A stretch of 64,000 nt of DNA from Candidatus Rifleibacterium sp. (lineage in GTDB: Bacteria; Muiribacteriota; Ozemobacteria; Ozemobacterales; Ozemobacteraceae): the NCBI GenBank assembly GCA_035352635.1, contig DAOPYA010000003.1, forward strand, positions 21,506-85,505, given 5' to 3'. How positions within the stretch are numbered: position 1 is the stretch's first letter; every line of letters begins with the position of its first letter. Below, in pieces: positions 17,777 through 25,448 of the stretch. Made by a program: the position numbers and the translations under genes. The notes beneath the pieces were generated by a model. That model was given only the letters and a program-made list of their open reading frames with translations, was not told the DNA's origin and ran no database searches.

Positions 17777-19579
17777 TCAGCGCATAACAAAGGTATCAAA
17801 CCAGAGTTGCGCACCGGCGGGCATGTTAGCAGCGACCCGAACCTGCACAGCCTTAACCAGGCCTTCTTCTTCTTTTTGCAGCTCATATTTGCACGAATGC
17901 GAGGTTGCCTGCCATCGATCGGGCAGAGCCTCAAATTCAAACTGGGCCAGACGGCGGGCCAGGGGCTTGCCTGCAGCGTCGAGCAGCTCAACTACTACCA
18001 TTCCCTTCTGCTGGCGATCACCCATAAAAAACAATGACCAGGCCAGCGGCTGACCGGCTTTTAATGCATCAACCGGCACTGGCGCAAAAGCAAACCCTGA
18101 TTCGCCTTCCTGGGTCGCCTTAAATTTAAGAGAAGCGTAGCCTGTATTAAATTTGTCATAATCGATGCTGACAAGTTCTGGAGCCCCGACCACCCCTGTC
18201 GGAACGCCGTTACCTTCGTTTCGTTCAAAATCACCGCCAGGCAGAAGATTGGCAGCAACCGGTGTTGCCGCGAAGGGGCGCAGACTGAGGTCGTCGAACA
18301 GAACGCTTCCTTGAGAGAATGGCCCGGTCTGCAGCAAGATGCGCATAAAGGCGTTGTTGGCTGCAAAAATCTTCTTTTCTTTGCTGTTCACCAGCCGGGC
18401 ATCTATTTTCTGCCATTCGCCACCCAGAACCGCCATCGGCCTGATCGCCCAGATACGGTTGCGAAGACGTTTGCCGGCGTCATAAAGTTCGATACCGATC
18501 GCCGCATTTTGAGTGCCGTTCTCTGAGCGAGCCTCGATCGAAAAGGCCAGGTCAGATGCTTCGTTAATCGCGATAAAATCAGATAAGACACGGGTGGCTG
18601 AATTGCGTTCTTCAGGCCACATCTGCAGAGCTTTGCGGCCAGAAGCGGCTGTCTGTTGCGAGAGACCGGCCTTGCCTTCTGCAATCTGCCAACCCGGAAG
18701 CAGGCCCGCCGAAGTCGAAGCCGCTTCAAAGCTGTAATTGTTGATCAGGTTGGTCTGTTCGATGGTCATAATCTGCCGGGTATTAGCAAATACAGCGCCC
18801 GGAGCAACATTCATCTTGCTCAGATTATTACGGGCATTCTGAATACGCTGACTGGAAGGCGGATGAGAACTGAGATACTGCTCAAGACCCTTGGAGTCAC
18901 CATACCTTTTCAGAAACTTTTCCCAGAGGGTTACCTGGGCGGCCGGGTTATAGCCGGCGCGGGCAATTCGCATCTGACCGATATCGTCAGCTTCGTCTTC
19001 CTGTTCGCGTGAAAATTTCATCAGAGTGATATAGCTGAGCAGGGCTCCCCAGGTTTCACGGTCCTGCCTGTTTTTGACGGCTTTATTCAAAACGGCGACC
19101 ATAAGGGTTGAAGCCCGAAAATTTCGCAGCGAATGCCGGCGTTCGGCATGACCGAGTTCGTGGCTTATTACAGCGGCGAGTTCATCGTCTGATTCTACCA
19201 TGTCGAGCATTCCTGAATGAACGTAGACGTGCCCGCCGGGAATAACAAAGGCATTGGCGGTGCTATCCTGGATAACCCGAACGTCATACTTCATGCCCCG
19301 GTCTTTAAAATGCGGCAACAGACGATTGAAAATGCCTTTGACATATTCGGTTACTTTTTTGTCTTTGACTGGCTTCTGCGTCAGCCCCATCCATAATTGC
19401 AGTTCCTTGCCAAATCTTTTTTCGGCGCCGACATCACCGACCAGCCAAAGACTCATGTTTACTTCCTGGTAGGTCTGATAAACCCCCAGTAACTGCTCAA
19501 GAACGTTTTTGGCCGAAACTCTGGCGCTGCCCAAAAGCGATATCAGAACAATAACAATTGCATATCTGCATTTAATCAT
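17777..19579 (-). CDS. M48-family (Ste24/BepA-like) Zn metallopeptidase with two C-terminal CBM4/9-like beta-sandwich domains
   Basis: Signal peptide, VISHELGHAERRHS (HExxH) and EADDIGQMRIARAGYNP. The C-terminal roughly 330 aa carry two repeats that start NLINNYSFEAAS and NLLPGGDFERNEG. Confidence 0.75.
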   Translation of the reverse strand: MIKCRYAIVIVLISLLGSARVSAKNVLEQLLGVYQTYQEVNMSLWLVGDVGAEKRFGKELQLWMGLTQKPVKDKKVTEYVKGIFNRLLPHFKDRGMKYDVRVIQDSTANAFVIPGGHVYVHSGMLDMVESDDELAAVISHELGHAERRHSLRNFRASTLMVAVLNKAVKNRQDRETWGALLSYITLMKFSREQEDEADDIGQMRIARAGYNPAAQVTLWEKFLKRYGDSKGLEQYLSSHPPSSQRIQNARNNLSKMNVAPGAVFANTRQIMTIEQTNLINNYSFEAASTSAGLLPGWQIAEGKAGLSQQTAASGRKALQMWPEERNSATRVLSDFIAINEASDLAFSIEARSENGTQNAAIGIELYDAGKRLRNRIWAIRPMAVLGGEWQKIDARLVNSKEKKIFAANNAFMRILLQTGPFSQGSVLFDDLSLRPFAATPVAANLLPGGDFERNEGNGVPTGVVGAPELVSIDYDKFNTGYASLKFKATQEGESGFAFAPVPVDALKAGQPLAWSLFFMGDRQQKGMVVVELLDAAGKPLARRLAQFEFEALPDRWQATSHSCKYELQKEEEGLVKAVQVRVAANMPAGAQLWFDTFVMR

Positions 19580-19720
19580 CTTTGCTGCTCCGAAAATTCG
19601 ATGTTTAATACCCTCTCATTATCACCGAAAAGAGGCTGAATTGTCAAAAGCCGAATTGACGCGACTTCTGCATCTGAAAAAAAATTACTGACTGATTCGC
19701 CAGAAAGCCGACGGGCAATG

Positions 19721-19749
19721 CTGGCAAATTTGCCGACGGGCAAGTATAA
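19721..19749 (+). promoter_or_regulatory. putative sigma70 promoter with overlapping palindrome upstream of the Mo-hydroxylase operon
   Basis: TGGCAA-N17-TATAAT with the -10 at 19744-19749. A 12-bp perfect palindrome GGCAAATTTGCC (19722-19733) overlaps the -35. A 12-bp direct repeat GCCGACGGGCAA appears twice around it. Confidence 0.35.
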
Positions 19750-19801
19750 TAAAAAACCGAGTTTGCAATAATACTGTTTTCACAAGGAAAAGGAGGGCGA
19801 G

Positions 19802-20662
19802 ATGCTCAAAAAGCTCACCCAGTTCTATCACCCGAAAACCATAGAAGAAGCCTGTCTGTTTCTGGGCAACAAAGAACAGAAGACTGCCATCATCGCCGGT
19901 GGCACTTCAGAAGCTCTGCGTCAGGACAACAGCATCGAAGCACTGGTCGATATTTCTCAGGTCAAAGAACTGGCTTATATCAACAAAGACACAGCCTTTT
20001 TTCGAATTGGCGCCGGCACACCGGTTCAGGACATCTACAAATCAGCTGCCCTTACGGGCCCAAGTGGCAACCTGCTCAAAACTGCCGCCGGAAAAATTGG
20101 TTCAACCCTGCTGCGCAACTCAATTACCGCCGGTGGCAACCTTGCCGCCATTTTTCCATGGTCAGATATGCCGCTAGTTTATATGGCTCTTGATGCCGAG
20201 ATCGTCTGTCGCAAAGGCAAGCCGAAACGCACAGTGCCAGTGCAGACTATTATCGATCAGAAGGCCCCCCAGTTTCTTGATAAAGCTGAAATTATCGCCG
20301 AAATCGCCATACCCTGTTACGGCAAAGGCACCGGCACTTCTTTTGCCAAGCTGGTTAAAACTGCCAACGATTATTCAATGGCCACCGTTGCCACCAGGCT
20401 TTCAATTAAAAACGGCCTGATCGAGCAGGTTCGCATCGCAATAAATGCGATCACCGCTTCGCCGGTTCGCTGCCTCGAAGCCGAAAAGATGCTCACCGGC
20501 CAGAAACCTGGCGCCGAACTGCTGGCAGCCGCTGCGAAAAAAGCCGCCGACTCTCTCACCATCCGCAAAGATTTCAGGGCCAGTCGCGAGTATCGCAAGG
20601 AAGTCTGTGAAGTCATGATTCGCAGGGCTCTCGGCGAAGCTCTCGAAAAAGCCGGCAAGTAA
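19802..20662 (+). CDS. molybdo-hydroxylase FAD-binding medium subunit (CoxM/XdhB-like)
   Basis: FAD_binding_5-like N-terminus FYHPKTIEEACLFLGNKEQKTAIIAGGTS and a CO-dehydrogenase flavoprotein C-terminal domain. RBS AGGAGGG. Confidence 0.8.
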   Translation: MLKKLTQFYHPKTIEEACLFLGNKEQKTAIIAGGTSEALRQDNSIEALVDISQVKELAYINKDTAFFRIGAGTPVQDIYKSAALTGPSGNLLKTAAGKIGSTLLRNSITAGGNLAAIFPWSDMPLVYMALDAEIVCRKGKPKRTVPVQTIIDQKAPQFLDKAEIIAEIAIPCYGKGTGTSFAKLVKTANDYSMATVATRLSIKNGLIEQVRIAINAITASPVRCLEAEKMLTGQKPGAELLAAAAKKAADSLTIRKDFRASREYRKEVCEVMIRRALGEALEKAGK

Positions 20663-20673
20663 GGAGAACATCA

Positions 20674-21162
20674 GTGAAACTTAATACGAAAATTAATGGC
20701 AAAGCCTTTTGCCTCGAAATCCAACCCAATGCCACACTCATGGATGTCCTTCGCCAGGCAGGCATGAAAAGCGTAAAGTTTGGCTGTGGTGAAGGCAGTT
20801 GCGGCTCATGCGCCGTCATGATTGACGGTCGCCCCCGCAATTCATGCATCACTCTGGCCGGCTGCGCTGAAGGCGCCGAAATCCTGACCGTTGAAGGCAT
20901 GGGAAACCCCGAGAATCCGCATGTTTTGCAAAAAGCCTTTGTAGACACTGGTTCGACCCAGTGCGGTTACTGCAACCCGGGTTCGCTGATCGCGGCCAAA
21001 GCATTGCTCGACAAAAACCCGAATCCGACTGCCGAAGACGTAAAAGACGCTCTTGACGGCAATCTGTGCCGCTGCACTGGCTATGTCAAGAGAATTGACG
21101 CAGTTCTTCAGGCTGCTGCCGAATCCAAAAAGACTACCAAGAGCACCCGAGGTAAAAAATAA
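20674..21162 (+). CDS. molybdo-hydroxylase [2Fe-2S] small subunit (CoxS-like)
   Basis: CGEGSCGSCAV...C..L and QCGYCNPG...CRCTGY. GTG start. Confidence 0.85.
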   Translation: MKLNTKINGKAFCLEIQPNATLMDVLRQAGMKSVKFGCGEGSCGSCAVMIDGRPRNSCITLAGCAEGAEILTVEGMGNPENPHVLQKAFVDTGSTQCGYCNPGSLIAAKALLDKNPNPTAEDVKDALDGNLCRCTGYVKRIDAVLQAAAESKKTTKSTRGKK

Positions 21163-23720
21163 TGGCAAAGACCGCAAAAAAAGAAACCCCAAAAAAAGCC
21201 GCGCCGGCCGCCAAGGTAGCCGCTGTGTCTCCGATTCCCGAATCTCCACTCTTTTTTGAAAAACCCGAAAAATTCAATCAGGTCAATCACAGTCTGACCA
21301 AAATTGATTCAATGGGTCTGGTCTGCGGCCAGCAAAAGTATGTTGCCGATATCGACCTGCCCAATCTTCTGCACATCAAGGTTCTGGGCAGCCCCCACGC
21401 TCACGCCGTTATCAAAAGCATCGACGTTGAAGACGCCAGAAAGATGCCAGGCGTTGTTGCAGTTTTCACCTACAAAGACGTTCCGAGAATACCGCGAACC
21501 ACCGCCGGGCAGGGTTTTCCTGAACCCTCCCCCTATGACACCTATCTGCTCGACAGCAAAGTTCGTTTTGTGGGCGACCGTGTGGCGATAGTTGCCGCCG
21601 AAACCCCTGAAGCAGCCAGCGAAGCCTGCACAAAAATCAAAGTTCAGTATCAGGTTCTCAAGGCAGTTCTCGACCCCGAAAAAGCCCGTGATAAAGATGC
21701 CCCCATCATTCACGACGAAAAAGATTGCCGCGTTCCCATACCTATTTTCTACGATCCGAAACATAACCACTGCTCGCACGTCGAAACGGCGGTCGGTGAT
21801 GTTAAGAAGGGTTTCAAGCAGGCTGACGTAGTACTCGAAAAAACCTACTACCCCCATTACGCGCAGCATTGCCCGATTGAACCACACATCTGCATCGGTT
21901 ACCTCGACGAGAATGATCGTCTGGTGCTGCGAACTTCGACCCAGGTTCCATTTCATGCCCGCCGCATCACCGCTCAGACCCTCGGAATCCCGGTCAAAAA
22001 AATCAGAGTAATCAAACCCCGCATCGGCGGCGGTTTCGGCACGAAGCAGGAAGTTTTGCTCGAAGACGTTTGCGGCCTGGTGGCTCTCAAAACCAGAAGA
22101 CCATGCGTCTGGGCGTTGACCCGCGCCGAAGAATTCATGGCAGCACGCACCCGCCACCCGATGGTCGTCACCATTCAGAGCGGCGTCAAAAAAAATGGCA
22201 CGATTACCGCCATTTCAATGCGCATCATCAGCAACACCGGTGCTTACGGTTCCCATGGCCTGACGGTTCTCAGCAACTGCGGCTCGAAAGTTCTGCCTCT
22301 CTACCGCGCTGACAACATTGAATTCATCGGCGACACAGTTTATACCAACCTGCCGGTCGGCGGAGCCTATCGCGGCTACGGCGCTACCCAGGCTGCCTTT
22401 GCCATGGAATGCCAGATGGATGAGATGGCCGAAGCAATCGGCATGGACCCGATCAAGTTCCGTCAGATGAACCACATCAAGGAAGGTGAGTCTTCACCGA
22501 TCTTCAAAGCCCTCGGCGAAGGTCGCGAAGGCGTCGATATGGCCATTGGTTCTTGCGGGCTGAGCAAATGCATAACCGAAGGCATGAAGCACATCGACTG
22601 GGCAAAAAAATACGGCAAACCTGGTAACGGCACCAAACGACGCGGTCTTGGCATGTGCTGCCTTATGCAGGGCAGTTCGATTCCCGAGATTGATATGGGC
22701 GCGGTCTTCATTAAAATGAACGAAGACGGTTCATTCAATATGCTGCTGGGCGCCACCGACCTCGGAACTGGCTCTGACACTGTCTTAGGCCAGATCGCAG
22801 CCGAAACCATTGGCTGCAAACTGACCGACATGCTGGTTTACAGCTCAGACACCGATATGACCCCATTCGACGTTGGCGCTTATGCCTCTTCAACCACTTA
22901 TCTGACCGGTGGTGCAGTAATTAACTGTGCTAAAAAGGTTCGAGAACAGATTGTTGCGGTTGCTGCCAGCATAATGGGCGAAAAATCCGAAGATATAAGC
23001 ATCGATGACGGCATCTGCTACGGAAAAGGGCGCAAGAACAAGGTTACTTTCGGCCAGGTCTGCAATTATGCAATGTATGAACACAAGCAGTTTCAGATTG
23101 GTGCCATCGGCAGTCATATCAGTCATGCATCGCCACCGCCTTTCTCGGCGCACTTTGCTGAAGTCGAAGTTGACACCGAGACCGGTGAAGTCAAATTGCT
23201 CAAATACGTAGCCGGCGTCGACTGTGGCACCGCTATCAACCCACAGCTTGCTGACGGCCAGACTCAAGGCGCCTGCATGAACGGTATCAGTTTCGCCCTC
23301 ACCGAAGAGTACATCTTCGATGAAAACGGCCGTATGCTGAACCCGAATTTTGGCAACTACAAGATCTGGAGCACCAAAGACATGCCTGAACTCGTCACTT
23401 TCCTGGTGCCGACCTATGAAAAGACCGGCCCCTACGGTGCGAAGAGCGTCAGCGAAATCAGCATCAACGGCGCACTGCCAGCCATCGGCAATGCCATCAA
23501 GAACGCAGTCGGCATCAGGCTCACCCGGCCTCCTTATACCGCTGAAAAAGTTCTGACTGCAATGAAAGAACTCAATAAATCTGCCAAGGTCACCGGCAAA
23601 GCCGCCCCGAAGGCAGCCAGCGCTGCAAAAGCCGTTAAAGCCAAGGCCGAAAAGCCAGCCGTCAAAGCGGCTAAGGCCCCCGCCAAAAGCGCAGCACCCG
23701 TAAAGAAGGCAAAAAAGTAG
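21162..23720 (+). CDS. xanthine dehydrogenase/aldehyde oxidase-family molybdopterin-binding large subunit with Lys/Ala-rich N- and C-terminal tails
   Basis: Ald_Xan_dh-type domains (GGGFG..K, GQ..QG, ...E motifs). N-terminus MAKTAKKETPKKAAPAAKVAA and C-terminus KAAPKAASAAKAVKAKAEKPAVKAAKAPAKSAAPVKKAKK. Confidence 0.85.
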   Translation: MAKTAKKETPKKAAPAAKVAAVSPIPESPLFFEKPEKFNQVNHSLTKIDSMGLVCGQQKYVADIDLPNLLHIKVLGSPHAHAVIKSIDVEDARKMPGVVAVFTYKDVPRIPRTTAGQGFPEPSPYDTYLLDSKVRFVGDRVAIVAAETPEAASEACTKIKVQYQVLKAVLDPEKARDKDAPIIHDEKDCRVPIPIFYDPKHNHCSHVETAVGDVKKGFKQADVVLEKTYYPHYAQHCPIEPHICIGYLDENDRLVLRTSTQVPFHARRITAQTLGIPVKKIRVIKPRIGGGFGTKQEVLLEDVCGLVALKTRRPCVWALTRAEEFMAARTRHPMVVTIQSGVKKNGTITAISMRIISNTGAYGSHGLTVLSNCGSKVLPLYRADNIEFIGDTVYTNLPVGGAYRGYGATQAAFAMECQMDEMAEAIGMDPIKFRQMNHIKEGESSPIFKALGEGREGVDMAIGSCGLSKCITEGMKHIDWAKKYGKPGNGTKRRGLGMCCLMQGSSIPEIDMGAVFIKMNEDGSFNMLLGATDLGTGSDTVLGQIAAETIGCKLTDMLVYSSDTDMTPFDVGAYASSTTYLTGGAVINCAKKVREQIVAVAASIMGEKSEDISIDDGICYGKGRKNKVTFGQVCNYAMYEHKQFQIGAIGSHISHASPPPFSAHFAEVEVDTETGEVKLLKYVAGVDCGTAINPQLADGQTQGACMNGISFALTEEYIFDENGRMLNPNFGNYKIWSTKDMPELVTFLVPTYEKTGPYGAKSVSEISINGALPAIGNAIKNAVGIRLTRPPYTAEKVLTAMKELNKSAKVTGKAAPKAASAAKAVKAKAEKPAVKAAKAPAKSAAPVKKAKK

Positions 23721-23760
23721 CTCCCCGGAGCAATAAAACCCCAGAATCAATACAATATTC

Positions 23761-23794
23761 AGCCCGGCCGTCATGGCCGGGCTGATTTTATCTT
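23761..23794 (+). terminator. rho-independent terminator after the Mo hydroxylase operon
   Basis: AGCCCGGCC-gtcat-GGCCGGGCT followed by GATTTTATCTT. Confidence 0.55.
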
Positions 23795-23984
23795 CCAGAG
23801 AGTGGCGACGCTCACAACAACGACTGCCGGCAATCAGGTAACTCGACTGGCAGACTGTGCCGCTTGCGAATCTTGCGCCGGTTGTGCAGTATAAAATAAT
23901 GTATTTGCCTTTTGGAAAACCCAGTTAGCCATAGACTCTTGTGATTCTTTGCATTAGAATGGTCGAAAATCGAGATTCAGGAGA

Positions 23985-25361
23985 ATGCTGATGCCCTCGA
24001 GAAATCAAGTGGGTTCGACAATCAAAAGAGCTTTGCTGGCCGCTGCGATCAGTGCATTTCTCTGTGTTCCGATCGTTTCAGAAGCACGTCTTCTGGCAGG
24101 CAGTGTCACTGAGCGCAAGCAGAATCGCAAAATCAACACGATGCTTAAATCTGCCCGGAAAAACGTGGACTCTGGCAAGATTCAGACCGCTCTTGAAGCC
24201 TACTGGAAAATTCTCGAACTCGACCCGAATGAAACTTTCGCCTACCTCGAACTCGGCGAAGTGTACGTTAATTTGAGCATTTTCGACCGGGCCATTGAGT
24301 TGCTTGAACCCGGCCTGACAATGGCAGAGCGCGAAATGGATGCCGACACGGTCTGCTATTATTACTGTATTCTTACCAACGCGCATATTGGGCTAAACCA
24401 GATCGGCCTGGCAAACAAATCTTTGTTGAAGGCAGCAGAAGCTTCACCTGCCAACCCGATGCCACGCAAAGTCATGGGTGACATCTATCTGGCAAATGAC
24501 CGCATCGCTGACGCCATGAAGGCCTATCGCAAAGCCGTCGAACTCGACCCCGCCTACCAGCCGGCCGCCGAAAAACTTGGTGAACTGGTTGCAAAATATG
24601 GTGACCAGCCCCCGGCAAAAACCCGCGACAAAAAAGTCATTCAGGCCAAAGCCGAAAAACTGCCCACAGCAAAAGTATCAGCCGGGGCAACTGTTGCCAC
24701 CCGGCCCACAGTCACACCCGCTTCATCAGCGTTAAAAAAAGTTCCAGCCGCTGACCCGACACCAGAAACACCCACGCGCCCTGCCACTAAAGAACCAGTA
24801 TCCAAACCCCCCGTGGTTGCATCGGTTGCCAGCACTGTATCACCGCTCCTGCCGGCATCAGCAACCATAAATGCGCCGGCTGGCGAGACTGCCCCGCCAC
24901 GCCCCATGCCCGAAGTGTCGCCCGTCAAGCCCCCAGCCACCCAGACAGCCGTAGCAGATCCCGGTTCCAGACCGATGCCCGTCGCAGTGGCTAACCCAAC
25001 GGTTGGCTCAACTGCTGCCGCACTTGCTGGTTCAGTATCTCAGGCCTCCAACGCATCAGCATCAGCCAGTATCACCGCCGATGCCGCCGAAGTCGAAAAC
25101 CAGCTTGACAAGCTGTTAGCAGGCACGCCCGAAGAAAAAAGTGCCGCTACAAGCTTTTTTGTGAGGCTCGAAGAAAAAGGGCTGACCGAGATCGAAGAGT
25201 TGCTTTATGACCCTGACCCAGAAGTCAGGGTTCTGGCAGTGCGAACTCTCATCGAATTCAAGGCCTTCGGCCAGCGGGTCAAGACCATGCTTCAAGATGC
25301 CAGTGAAGACCCTGATCCTCTGGTGATCGAAGAAATCAACAGCGCCCTGCAGAAGCTTTAA
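23985..25361 (+). CDS. secreted TPR-repeat protein with Pro/Thr/Ala-rich linker and C-terminal HEAT-like repeats
   Basis: Signal peptide, TPR-like helices (ALEAYWKILELDPNETFAYLELGEVY...), a long PTPETPTRPATKEP low-complexity linker and C-terminal EVRVLAVRTLIEF. Confidence 0.55.
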   Translation: MLMPSRNQVGSTIKRALLAAAISAFLCVPIVSEARLLAGSVTERKQNRKINTMLKSARKNVDSGKIQTALEAYWKILELDPNETFAYLELGEVYVNLSIFDRAIELLEPGLTMAEREMDADTVCYYYCILTNAHIGLNQIGLANKSLLKAAEASPANPMPRKVMGDIYLANDRIADAMKAYRKAVELDPAYQPAAEKLGELVAKYGDQPPAKTRDKKVIQAKAEKLPTAKVSAGATVATRPTVTPASSALKKVPAADPTPETPTRPATKEPVSKPPVVASVASTVSPLLPASATINAPAGETAPPRPMPEVSPVKPPATQTAVADPGSRPMPVAVANPTVGSTAAALAGSVSQASNASASASITADAAEVENQLDKLLAGTPEEKSAATSFFVRLEEKGLTEIEELLYDPDPEVRVLAVRTLIEFKAFGQRVKTMLQDASEDPDPLVIEEINSALQKL

Positions 25362-25392
25362 TCTGCAAGGCGCGGTAATGCGCTTCGAACGC

Positions 25393-25432
25393 AAAAAAAT
25401 CGCCCCGCGGGTTAGCGCGGGGCGATTTTTTT
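25393..25432. terminator. bidirectional rho-independent terminator between convergent genes
   Basis: AAAAAAA-TCGCCCCGCG-ggtta-CGCGGGGCGA-TTTTTTT: a perfect 10-bp GC stem flanked by an A-tract on one side and a T-tract on the other. Confidence 0.7.
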
Positions 25433-25448
25433 AACAGTTACTCAGCAA

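Noticed and set aside
21309-22157. 282-aa and other long minus-strand ORFs inside the Mo-hydroxylase large subunit (also 22890-23774)
   Set aside because: They are antisense shadow ORFs within a gene that has strong family motifs. They carry no motifs and have biased Gly/Phe/Val composition.
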